DNA of 64,000 nucleotides from a virus (Duplodnaviria; Caudoviricetes): IMG/VR virus record IMGVR_UViG_3300031992_000018, positions 96,001 to 160,000 of that record; one strand, written 5' to 3'. The notes under the pieces were generated by a model. It saw only the letters and a program-made list of their open reading frames with translations, was not told the DNA's origin and did no database searches. Shown here one piece after another: positions 10,128 to 19,115 of the stretch. A program made the translations under genes and the position numbers. Positions within the stretch are counted from its first letter, which is position 1. Each line of letters starts with the position of its first letter.

Positions 10128-11405
10128 TTATTTTTCAAGCATTGCAAGTTCTTTAGCTGCTTTATTAAGAAGAGTAATCTTAACAGGATCATTCTTATAT
10201 TGTTCTGCTAAAAGAGCAATCTTCTTTCTTCTTGCTGCGAATGCTGCTTCTTTATCAGCTTCAAGTTGTTCCTTGATTTGCTGATATTTTTCGGGATCAG
10301 CTTTCTTACAATCTTCATTGATTCTATTTTCATAAACTTCTTTAAGATCAATACCTGTTACTTTAATAACATCCTTAAGAGCTTCTACCATAAAATCATA
10401 AGATTTAACTGAAGTACCAGCATTAAGTGAACGGTTAACTGAAAGAACTACATTATTACCTTCGATAATTGTGCAAATTTCACCTGTAGATGTCTGAAGA
10501 ACATTAACATTATCAAGAGCGCGTACATTATCATAAGCTTCAAATACTTCTGCAATAGCACTTGTAACATTCATCCAATTCATCTTTTCATTTAATGACA
10601 TTGGTTTAGAAACTGTATTACAATACTGAATAAAATCAGCTGCATTACTAAAGCTTTCTTTAAGATCACCTTTTGTAAATACAAGACCTTCATCAGTTAA
10701 AGTAAATCTTGCTGTATCTCCATGAGTACCTTTATATTCATAGAAAATAGAATTATCTTCTCTAGAGAAACTTTCAAGAAGAGCATTAATTCTCTTGAAT
10801 TTAATATCATCACAAACAGCTTCAGTAATATTATTTTCTTCATCTCTCTTATAAGTTTTACCAAGAACTGAGAAATAAGAATCTTTCTTATCTTCACTTT
10901 CTGTAACTACTACATAAGAAATAGGAGTTGTAACAACATATGTAGGAGCATGCATTTCATTAAGAGTTGAAGCATAAACATTCTTAAGAATCTGTCTAAA
11001 TTCAGGAATAAATGTAAGGTTCTTCATTGCACCAGCTTTAAGATATGATACAACTTCACTTTCATTCATTTCAAGAAGTTTATCTACTTGTTCAAGTCCC
11101 ATCTTTGAAAGATAACCATAACTTGAATTATTAGCATTGATTGATTCACAAGCTGTTGCAAGTTGCCAAGAAATATTATTTTCTTTAATAAAACTATTAA
11201 CAGATTCTAAAATTCCTACCAAACCTGCATCGAAACTAAATTTAGCTGCTTCTTTAATAAAGCCATTAACGATACCACAGGTAACTGGATTAGAATAAAT
11301 ATATCCTCTGTAGTTTTGTAACATTTCTTTACCTGCTTCGGTAACTGCTTCAGTTCCGTTTATCTTACTTGCGAAGTCCAGGTTTTTTAGTAATTTTATA
11401 TTCAT
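10128..11405 (-). CDS. Hypothetical protein, possibly virion or prohead associated
   Basis: 425-aa ORF; C-terminal coiled coil; located among putative late genes. Confidence 0.6.
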   Translation of the reverse strand: MNIKLLKNLDFASKINGTEAVTEAGKEMLQNYRGYIYSNPVTCGIVNGFIKEAAKFSFDAGLVGILESVNSFIKENNISWQLATACESINANNSSYGYLSKMGLEQVDKLLEMNESEVVSYLKAGAMKNLTFIPEFRQILKNVYASTLNEMHAPTYVVTTPISYVVVTESEDKKDSYFSVLGKTYKRDEENNITEAVCDDIKFKRINALLESFSREDNSIFYEYKGTHGDTARFTLTDEGLVFTKGDLKESFSNAADFIQYCNTVSKPMSLNEKMNWMNVTSAIAEVFEAYDNVRALDNVNVLQTSTGEICTIIEGNNVVLSVNRSLNAGTSVKSYDFMVEALKDVIKVTGIDLKEVYENRINEDCKKADPEKYQQIKEQLEADKEAAFAARRKKIALLAEQYKNDPVKITLLNKAAKELAMLEK

Positions 11406-11499
11406 AGTTTTAATATATTTGGTATATTTATAGAATTTGTAGATTAATTCTACTTTTTATATATAATAATAAAATAATTTTAAAATGTATGATTATTTA

Positions 11500-11721
11500 T
11501 TATATTTTTGTTTTAATATCTTTAATGTCACCAATTTTAATAACAATTGTATTTTCACTACATTTTGCTATTTCCCAATCATCAATTTGATTCCATTCAT
11601 CAAAATCATCATCATCTGGTCTATGCCAAAAGAATTTACCTCTTAAATCAACTTCTAAAATATATCCTTTACCATTATTATTTATATTTTCATTTAAAAG
11701 GAGTTCAACTAAATTTTTCAT
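11500..11721 (-). CDS. Small protein with capsid-targeting-like leader
   Basis: MKNLVELLLNE. Confidence 0.55.
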   Translation of the reverse strand: MKNLVELLLNENINNNGKGYILEVDLRGKFFWHRPDDDDFDEWNQIDDWEIAKCSENTIVIKIGDIKDIKTKI

Positions 11722-11745
11722 AATTATATTATATATTTATTTATT

Positions 11746-12033
11746 TTATACTTTCCAACCAACTGATGTACCAACAGCAGTAAGTATAAGTCTTGATGTA
11801 AATAAACTTCCAAGAGGACCAGTTTCGTTAATACCAAGAGCCTTACAAATTGCTTTCATAACTTTAGGGCCAAATGTAGCACCAGTAATACCACCAACTA
11901 TAGATCCTATAATTCCTTCTTCAATTGGAATATTATTTTCTTTAGCCTCTTGAAGTTTAGCAATTACATTATCATAAGTTAATTCCTCTGTAATAGGAGT
12001 TTCAGTATTTATAAAATCTTCTAATTTTTTCAT
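11746..12033 (-). CDS. Putative head-internal protein with Gly-rich hydrophobic segment
   Basis: MKKLEDFIN...ITE leader; IEE-GIIGSIVGGITG. Confidence 0.6.
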   Translation of the reverse strand: MKKLEDFINTETPITEELTYDNVIAKLQEAKENNIPIEEGIIGSIVGGITGATFGPKVMKAICKALGINETGPLGSLFTSRLILTAVGTSVGWKV

Positions 12034-12038
12034 ATTAA

Positions 12039-12467
12039 TTATTTAATGATTTTATCTATATCAAAATCAAATTCATCTTTATTATCAACTAAATTCTTTA
12101 TAATTTCATCTTTTGTTCCTATAAAAACTTGATTATCTTCTTCAGAATTTCCAGCAATAGCATTTAATCCAGGACGATAAAAAATATAACTTGTTTCATC
12201 ATATATATTTTTAAAAATTAAATCACCAACCTTAGGTTTATTATTACCTTTATCAGCAAAATAATTACTATTATCATATATAAAGTATTCTTCAATAAAT
12301 TCTTTCATAGAAGAACCTTCTTTAAAATCATCATTTGTTAATATATGATAAGGTTCAATCTCTTTAATTAATTTATTTAATTTACTTTGTGCATTGATTT
12401 CTTTATAATCAATTATATAATATATATCTTTTTTTGTTTCTAAAATATAATCTTTTAAACTTTTCAT
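12039..12467 (-). CDS. Putative head-internal protein
   Basis: MKSLKDYILE leader. Confidence 0.6.
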   Translation of the reverse strand: MKSLKDYILETKKDIYYIIDYKEINAQSKLNKLIKEIEPYHILTNDDFKEGSSMKEFIEEYFIYDNSNYFADKGNNKPKVGDLIFKNIYDETSYIFYRPGLNAIAGNSEEDNQVFIGTKDEIIKNLVDNKDEFDFDIDKIIK

Positions 12468-12487
12468 ATTAATTATTTAATAATTTT

Positions 12488-13258
12488 TTATAGTTTTTTA
12501 CCAAGATTATTTATTGGATGAGGAAATTCATTTTTCTTTGCAAGTTCTTCTAAATCTTTTTCATACTTCTCTTTTTCAAAAACAATTGTAAATAAGAAAG
12601 TATAAAGATCATCAAGATTATCAATAGCAACATCAAGTACTTGAGCCCAAGTAATTTCTTTTCTCTTTTCAAGTTTAGTTAAAGTATCTGCTGCATTAAG
12701 TAAAGAATTTTTTATAGAACATTCTTTACCATTAGTACCCATATGTTTAATAGCAAATAATTGAATATCACCATTAGCTCTTAATAAAAGTACAGGTTCT
12801 GATAATTTTTCATCTTTACATATAGATAATATATCATTTCTTAATTTAGGACTCATACACATATTTCCCATATTAGAACATGGTTCATAAAATACAAGTG
12901 GTTCTGAATTGCTTCTTTGATATTCATCATTGAATCTGCATTTATAACTAAATTCTCCATGTGCATTATATAAATCCATTACTTTAGGATAACCTGAAAA
13001 AATCTGTGTATATTTTGTAACAGGATCTAATGGAGTACATGAACTAGGTTCTAAAGTATTTGCACATGGAACGCAAGGATCAACAGTACATGATGCTTCA
13101 CCAGGAATATCACATCCATAAGAGCAACCATCATCACAACATCCACAACATTCAGTTATTTCATATCCTTCAAGATTAGAAAGTTTTTCTACAATATTCT
13201 TATCTAATCCCTTTAAACATATATATTGATTATTTATATATTCAGATAATTTTTTCAT
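12488..13258 (-). CDS. Cys-rich protein with capsid-targeting-like leader
   Basis: MKKLSEYIN; ITE-CCGCCDDGCSYGC. Confidence 0.6.
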   Translation of the reverse strand: MKKLSEYINNQYICLKGLDKNIVEKLSNLEGYEITECCGCCDDGCSYGCDIPGEASCTVDPCVPCANTLEPSSCTPLDPVTKYTQIFSGYPKVMDLYNAHGEFSYKCRFNDEYQRSNSEPLVFYEPCSNMGNMCMSPKLRNDILSICKDEKLSEPVLLLRANGDIQLFAIKHMGTNGKECSIKNSLLNAADTLTKLEKRKEITWAQVLDVAIDNLDDLYTFLFTIVFEKEKYEKDLEELAKKNEFPHPINNLGKKL

Positions 13259-13312
13259 ATCTTAATATTATATAATTTTCTATTAAACTTTAGAAAATGT
13301 AGTAATTCTAAT

Positions 13313-13660
13313 TTATTTTACTAATTCTAATACTTTAGCTATAACCTTTTTAAAGATTTCACCAGCCTTTTCAGGTTCATTTTTAAATAATTGTAAACAA
13401 ACTGCACTATGATAAGCATCATATATTTTATTATTTATTTCTTTATCCCATTTTGGAGATTCAAAATAAACATCTAAAGCATTCATAGCTACATCATGAA
13501 TCTTATTTACATCATCATTATTTTTAACATCTAAATCTTTAACATCATCATATTGAGATGATAATTCATTAACCGATATTGCTTTATTTTCATTTATATT
13601 AAAATCAATATCAATTGTATTTGCACTTGCATTGTTTAAATATTCATTTAAGCTTTTCAT
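13313..13660 (-). CDS. Putative head-internal protein
   Basis: MKSLNEYLN leader. Confidence 0.65.
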   Translation of the reverse strand: MKSLNEYLNNASANTIDIDFNINENKAISVNELSSQYDDVKDLDVKNNDDVNKIHDVAMNALDVYFESPKWDKEINNKIYDAYHSAVCLQLFKNEPEKAGEIFKKVIAKVLELVK

Positions 13661-13677
13661 ATCTTTATATTATTTAT

Positions 13678-13890
13678 TTAATCAAAATATCCACAAGCAT
13701 CCATTTCATCATAAAGTTCTTCTAAAGTTTTGTCTGTAAATGTATCCCACAAAAGATTTAAAATTTCTTCTGTATCTAATTTAGAAAAAGCTTTATTCAT
13801 TTTTTCTTTATAATTATCTCTTTCTGATTGAGACCATTCATTAATTACTTGTTCATCAGTATGATTTAAATATTCATTTAAGTTTTTCAT
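13678..13890 (-). CDS. Putative head-internal protein
   Basis: MKNLNEYLN...VINE leader. Confidence 0.65.
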   Translation of the reverse strand: MKNLNEYLNHTDEQVINEWSQSERDNYKEKMNKAFSKLDTEEILNLLWDTFTDKTLEELYDEMDACGYFD

Positions 13891-13936
13891 ATCTTTATAT
13901 TATTTATTTATATAATTTTCCATTGAGTTTCATAAA

Positions 13937-14416
13937 TTAATCCCAAGCGGCATCATCATATTCTTTTGTTCTTCTTATATTTTTATAACCATTATCAGTA
14001 TATGAAAGTTTAGTATAAAGATTATTTATTAATTCATAAATAAATCCATAAGGTTTTCCAGGATCTTTTCTTTCAGAACATTGATACTGCCAACTGTCTA
14101 GCCATTTTAATATTTGTACCTCTGAAACTTTTTCTTTAGGTTCAGAATATTTAAATGTAGATTTTGCTGCTTCTGATTTTCCATATCTATAACTTATTGC
14201 ACGACGATTACAATTATATAAATCATTTGCAATTGTTTGTTCATCTGCATCATCATACCATTTTATGTATGTTTTAGTAATTTTTGAAAGTAAATCAGAT
14301 TTATTTATAAATAAGTCATGAATATATTTTGCTAATTGATTAATTACTTCATCACTTTCCATAAATGCAGATTCATTAATGAGTGATTCATTTAAATATT
14401 CATTTAAGTTTTTCAT
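13937..14416 (-). CDS. Putative head-internal protein
   Basis: MKNLNEYLNESLINE leader; N..AI.YRY and YQCSE motifs. Confidence 0.65.
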   Translation of the reverse strand: MKNLNEYLNESLINESAFMESDEVINQLAKYIHDLFINKSDLLSKITKTYIKWYDDADEQTIANDLYNCNRRAISYRYGKSEAAKSTFKYSEPKEKVSEVQILKWLDSWQYQCSERKDPGKPYGFIYELINNLYTKLSYTDNGYKNIRRTKEYDDAAWD

Positions 14417-14424
14417 ATCTTATA

Positions 14425-14826
14425 TTATATAATTTTCCATTGAGTTTCAGAAACTGTAGTGATTCTCATATTATCAAGACCTTGTTTAAGATAAAGGTCA
14501 AGAATCTTTTGAAGTTCTGTATTGTTATTAGCATAAAAAGGAACAGGATATTTAAGAGTCTTTATTGTTCCATCTTCCTGTTCTACTTCTTCTGCAAATT
14601 TTACTATAAATACTTTGCATGTTTCTTGATATTCTATATTACCAGCTGGTTTAAGATTCTTCATAAGACATACATCTTCAATCTCTCCTTCACCATTTAA
14701 ATATTTTAATACAGCATATCCTGCTTCTGCAAAATTATTTTGATCACTAAGATAATACTCAGTGATAGGTTTTTCTTTACCTTTAGTGGTTAATATATTT
14801 CTACTTACCTTAACTCTGTACCACAT
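14425..14826 (-). CDS. DUF4494-like protein (Bacteroidetes family)
   Basis: MWY.VKV......GK.K.ITEYYL.D..NFAEA pattern; C-terminal I..VSET. Confidence 0.6.
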   Translation of the reverse strand: MWYRVKVSRNILTTKGKEKPITEYYLSDQNNFAEAGYAVLKYLNGEGEIEDVCLMKNLKPAGNIEYQETCKVFIVKFAEEVEQEDGTIKTLKYPVPFYANNNTELQKILDLYLKQGLDNMRITTVSETQWKII

Positions 14827-14838
14827 AATTATTATATA

Positions 14839-15273
14839 TTATATACTTTCTAAATCTATCCATCCGTATTTGCTACTATCTAATTTATCCTGAATTTTTT
14901 CAATAAAATCAATAAAAGAATAAATTACATAATCTCTTGATGGATCAAATTCATCATCATCACCTTTATAATATTTAATATCATCTAAATCTGGATAAAG
15001 ATTATTTATATATTTTTTAAAAATTTCTATTTCCATTTTTAATTCATCTTCTCTTTCTTTAGATTTATAGTTAGTTTCAAAATCTTCTCTTCTTTGAATA
15101 CTTAAAAACTCTCCAATAGATTTATCATCATTATTTATTATAAAAAATTGTTCACCACTAACACCATTATCGTCATAATGATACTGGAAAACTAATAATT
15201 TAATATCATCTATTTTTATATTTTTATTAAGATGAAGTTTTTCTGAAATTAAATATTCATTTAAAGTTTTCAT
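14839..15273 (-). CDS. Putative head-internal protein
   Basis: MKTLNEYLISEKLHLNKNI leader. Confidence 0.65.
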   Translation of the reverse strand: MKTLNEYLISEKLHLNKNIKIDDIKLLVFQYHYDDNGVSGEQFFIINNDDKSIGEFLSIQRREDFETNYKSKEREDELKMEIEIFKKYINNLYPDLDDIKYYKGDDDEFDPSRDYVIYSFIDFIEKIQDKLDSSKYGWIDLESI

Positions 15274-15280
15274 ATATTAT

Positions 15281-15613
15281 TTATTTATTTATTTCATTAT
15301 ATCTTTCAATTATATCTAATAGTAATTGTTTATTAGATATTGGATAAAACATTCTATCAATATAGATTCCAATAATATCTTTTGGTGCTGCAATATCTAA
15401 TTCTTTATCAATCATATTTATTGTATACCATGAATAATCATTTCCTTCTTTTAAAAGAATTTTAGGTAATTGATCAGAATTACTTTTATTTGCATCATAT
15501 CTATTTGTTCTATCGATTACTTTTTTACATGCTTCATCTTTTTCTAAAATAGATTTTACAAATGCAAAAAAAGAATTTTTTCCTTCAGTTATATATTCAT
15601 TTAAATTCTTCAT
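15281..15613 (-). CDS. Putative head-internal protein
   Basis: MKNLNEYITE leader; TTATTTTTA motif upstream. Confidence 0.65.
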   Translation of the reverse strand: MKNLNEYITEGKNSFFAFVKSILEKDEACKKVIDRTNRYDANKSNSDQLPKILLKEGNDYSWYTINMIDKELDIAAPKDIIGIYIDRMFYPISNKQLLLDIIERYNEINK

Positions 15614-15704
15614 TATATTATATAATCTAATTAAATAAAAATAAAATCTTTTGAATTATATTATCAAAATTATCTATAATACATTATCTAAATTAATTAA
15701 TAAA

Positions 15705-15902
15705 ATGAAAAAAATATTTGTTTTAATTATATCATTACTTTGTTTATTTGGTTGTTCTTCACAAGAAAGAGGTTCTAATGGAATTTCTGTTGAAAAGTTT
15801 ACTTATGAACAACATGACTATTTGATGTTTTACACAATAACTGGTCATTTTACTGGAGTAGAACATGATCCAAATTGTTGGTGTATGAATGATTATGATT
15901 AA
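15705..15902 (+). CDS. Small lipoprotein
   Basis: MKK + hydrophobic stretch + LFGC lipobox; likely start 15705. Confidence 0.6.
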   Translation: MKKIFVLIISLLCLFGCSSQERGSNGISVEKFTYEQHDYLMFYTITGHFTGVEHDPNCWCMNDYD

Positions 15903-15914
15903 ATTTTATATAAT

Positions 15915-16079
15915 ATGAGTAAATATCCTAAAATGACACATTATCCATTACCAACTTCTATTAATGGAGAAATTTTTGAACCAGAAAAATATGAGAAATG
16001 TATTCAAGTAGAAGTCAATAAAGATGGTTCAATAGATACTTATGATTTTAATACATGTAAACATTTAGAAAGATATTAA
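15915..16079 (+). CDS. Small hypothetical protein (54 aa, absent from the ORF track)
   Basis: ATG 15915 to TAA 16079, MSKYPKMTHYPLP..., fills the operon gap. Confidence 0.5.
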   Translation: MSKYPKMTHYPLPTSINGEIFEPEKYEKCIQVEVNKDGSIDTYDFNTCKHLERY

Positions 16080-16080
16080 T

Positions 16081-16725
16081 ATGGAAATTACACTTGTTAC
16101 AACATTTGATTTAAGTCAAGATATTACTCTTGATGCTTATAATGAAGATGAAAAAGTAGGTACTGCTGTTATAAAAAATAGTGAACTTACTTATTATAAT
16201 CTTTTGACTCATACTGATGAAAAGTTTACTGAAGATAATCTTAATGAATTTATAGATTTTGTTTCTGAATTTAATCTTAAATTTAAAAAGGTATGGGATA
16301 GAAAATGGATAAAATATAATCCAAATCCTCAGAATAATAACACTGGTGACTGTTCAATTAGAGCTTATTGTAAAGCTGAAAATCTTGAATGGAATACAGC
16401 ATATGATATGGCCACTAAAGTAGGTAAAGAAATGTCAATGATTTGTGATGACCATAAAGTAGTTGATAAGATACTTACTGAAAAATTTGGTTATACTTAT
16501 TACAAAGGAGATCATTGTTTTGTAAAAGATACTGATGGTAAAGGTAAACTTGAGAAAGGAAAAAAGAAAACAATTAATGAGTTTGCTATTGAACATCCTA
16601 AAGGAAAATATATTCTATGGGTTCATGCTCATGTAGTTACAGTAATTGATGGATATTATTATGACTCTTGGGATAGTGGAAATAAAAAGATAAATGGTTA
16701 TTATACAAAAGAAAAAGAGAGGTAA
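16081..16725 (+). CDS. Phage protein with possible Cys/His/Asp peptidase-like triad
   Basis: NPNP....GDCSIRA, HVVTVIDG.YYDSWD. Confidence 0.55.
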   Translation: MEITLVTTFDLSQDITLDAYNEDEKVGTAVIKNSELTYYNLLTHTDEKFTEDNLNEFIDFVSEFNLKFKKVWDRKWIKYNPNPQNNNTGDCSIRAYCKAENLEWNTAYDMATKVGKEMSMICDDHKVVDKILTEKFGYTYYKGDHCFVKDTDGKGKLEKGKKKTINEFAIEHPKGKYILWVHAHVVTVIDGYYYDSWDSGNKKINGYYTKEKER

Positions 16726-16741
16726 AAACCTCTCTTTTTTA
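16713..16741. terminator. Bidirectional terminator
   Basis: aaaagagagg-taaaaa-cctctctttt between convergent genes. Confidence 0.75.
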
Positions 16742-17152
16742 TTTTAGTAATTTATTAAATTCTGATTTAGAAACTTTAGTAAAATTATCAAAATTTTGTG
16801 CCCAATCATAACAAACCTTTTCATAATTATCACCTGTTAAATCTCCACCTTCTAAAGAAAATGTAAAAGATTTAACATTATCAATAAATACATCCATATC
16901 TTCCCATGAACCTTCACCAAATCCAACTTCGCCATCATATTTATCTAAATATGTATGTAATTTACCAACAATTTCTTGTCCTTTTAATTTACCAAAATTA
17001 AAAATAATTACAGCATCACGCATTGTAACATAATAACATGTATCAGGCCAGTCATAAGTATCTGTATTTTTTAACCATTTATTTATAAATTCAAATACTT
17101 CTTTTTCAGATAATGTTTTTGCTTCTAATAAAAATTCTACTAGATTTTTCAT
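16739..17152 (-). CDS. Putative head-internal protein
   Basis: MKNLVEFLLE leader. Confidence 0.65.
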   Translation of the reverse strand: MKNLVEFLLEAKTLSEKEVFEFINKWLKNTDTYDWPDTCYYVTMRDAVIIFNFGKLKGQEIVGKLHTYLDKYDGEVGFGEGSWEDMDVFIDNVKSFTFSLEGGDLTGDNYEKVCYDWAQNFDNFTKVSKSEFNKLLK

Positions 17153-17173
17153 AATTTATATATATATTTAATA

Positions 17174-17560
17174 TTAATCCAAGTGATCAAAAGCTACTGG
17201 TTCACCATTCCAATAATAACAATATGTATATTTATCTAATTTTACATCTCCAAATTTATTTATTCTTGCTCTCTTTTCTTCTGTTTCTTTTGTATCAAAT
17301 TCATCAGGAATTGGAACTGATTTACCAGCTTGACCATTACCAGATACAATTTTATCTTTTAATTTTCTAAAAGTAAATGTTTTACCACTAATTTTAACTA
17401 TTTTATAAAAATCAATTATAATCATACTATAACTAAAATTAGAATAAATAATATCACCTACTTCCCAATTTTCTGGTTTTGATTTATCTCTTTCTTCAAC
17501 AGTTTCAATATCTTTATTAAGATGTAATTTTTCTATTATATATTTATCTAATTGTTTCAT
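17174..17560 (-). CDS. Putative head-internal protein
   Basis: Likely start 17560, MKQLDKYIIEKLHLNKDI. Confidence 0.65.
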   Translation of the reverse strand: MKQLDKYIIEKLHLNKDIETVEERDKSKPENWEVGDIIYSNFSYSMIIIDFYKIVKISGKTFTFRKLKDKIVSGNGQAGKSVPIPDEFDTKETEEKRARINKFGDVKLDKYTYCYYWNGEPVAFDHLD

Positions 17561-17570
17561 ATTATATATA

Positions 17571-19079
17571 TTAATATTTATGTCCTCCTCTTGCATATTG
17601 AAGTCTCATTTGTTCTTCAATCATTGATTCTGCATCTTCATCAGTAAAATCAGGATCATCATCACAAGCAGTAAATATCTTTGCACAAAGAACAAATGTT
17701 CTTAATGATAATTCCATACTTGATCCTTTTTCATTTAATTCTTTTAAATAATTATAAGCCTTTATTTTTGCTTTAGGCAATAATATTTTATTTTCAATAT
17801 TTGGAAGTAATTTCTTTATAATTGATAAAATCTCATCATTTGAAAAATCAATATCTTGCATAAAACATCTATTTCTTAAAGCTGTATCAAGTTGTCCTGC
17901 ACGATAATTTGTTATAACAATAACACCAGATTTAATTCTACATTTCTTTGGAATTTCTTGACCGTCATCATCAGTAATTTTACCAGCAATTCCATAAGTA
18001 ACAAGTCTTCCTTCTGGAGATGTATCTGAATCAAGAGCTGCTTTAAGAATATTGATACAGTTTTCATCTGCTTGTGGACCTACAAGAGAGTCAGCATCAT
18101 CAATTAAAATAATATCATTACTTTCTCTAAATCCATAAAGAGTAGCATAAAGTCTTCTTGCTGTACATTTGCCTTTTATAGTACAAAGATTTTCTCCTTC
18201 AATATAATTAGATTCTTTAAGTTGTTTCTTTACTCTATATGTTTTACCAACACCAGGAGCTCCACAAAGAATAAGTGCTGGTTGACGACCTTTAATAACT
18301 AAAGAAATATATTTTTCCATTTCTTTAAATATCTGGTCAGGATCTTTTCTATTACTTTGAGCATCTTTAATTTCCTTAGAATCTTCAATTTCAACTCTTT
18401 TACCTTTAGCAATTGATACTTTAATATCTTCTGAACCACCTTCTTTTATATATTTATAAATATCTTTAACATCATTTTCGATATTATTTAAATTAGAGTT
18501 TGAAATTTTACTCTTAGCAATAAATGATTCATGAATTAAATCTTTATCAATTTTAGAAAAAATATAATTTAATTTACCAATATTATATTTAGATTCTTTT
18601 AAATTATCTTCTTTATTAGATAATTTTTTAACATCTTCTTCACTAATAGAATATTTTTTAGAATTTACTATTGTCCATACTACTGGTAATAATTTAGCTA
18701 TATTTGTACCTAAAGTATAAATAGATAAATCTGCTTTTCCTTTACCAGACCAATATACATCTAAATCTTTAAAAAAGTCTATAGAATATACATCTACAGA
18801 ATCATTATCATTAATCCAATTAAATTGAAAAAATGAAGTTTTAGCATAATCTGATTTATCAATAACAATAAATTGTTTTGATGTACATTTTTCACCATCA
18901 ATTGTAGTATCTACAAAACCAATAAGAGGAACAAGACCATTGATATGCTTCTTTAAAATTGATTCAATTTTTTCAATAGCCGCATCAATATCTTTTTCTC
19001 TAAATGATTCATTTAATTTTTCTTTATTTTGTATATCTTGATTACGCTTATTTACGAATTCTAAAAAATTATATCTCAT
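17571..19079 (-). CDS. AAA+ ATPase domain protein
   Basis: GAPGVGKT Walker A, LIDDAD Walker B, VITN, ALRNR. Confidence 0.85.
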   Translation of the reverse strand: MRYNFLEFVNKRNQDIQNKEKLNESFREKDIDAAIEKIESILKKHINGLVPLIGFVDTTIDGEKCTSKQFIVIDKSDYAKTSFFQFNWINDNDSVDVYSIDFFKDLDVYWSGKGKADLSIYTLGTNIAKLLPVVWTIVNSKKYSISEEDVKKLSNKEDNLKESKYNIGKLNYIFSKIDKDLIHESFIAKSKISNSNLNNIENDVKDIYKYIKEGGSEDIKVSIAKGKRVEIEDSKEIKDAQSNRKDPDQIFKEMEKYISLVIKGRQPALILCGAPGVGKTYRVKKQLKESNYIEGENLCTIKGKCTARRLYATLYGFRESNDIILIDDADSLVGPQADENCINILKAALDSDTSPEGRLVTYGIAGKITDDDGQEIPKKCRIKSGVIVITNYRAGQLDTALRNRCFMQDIDFSNDEILSIIKKLLPNIENKILLPKAKIKAYNYLKELNEKGSSMELSLRTFVLCAKIFTACDDDPDFTDEDAESMIEEQMRLQYARGGHKY

Positions 19080-19115
19080 AAATTATAATATTAATTATAT
19101 ATAAAAATAAAATTA

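Larger units (their letters stand above)
13251..14471 (-). repeat. Dispersed junction repeats between cassette-like genes
   Basis: 13635-13680 matches 13865-13910 (46 bp, 1 mismatch); 13865-13895 equals 14391-14421; 13908-13932 equals 14425-14449; 13259-13312 is a decayed copy of the 3' end of gene 14425-14826. Confidence 0.85.

Noticed and set aside
13635-14449. Junction repeats as a CRISPR array
   Set aside because: The intervening sequences are whole genes of 200-500 bp, and the repeats include start codons
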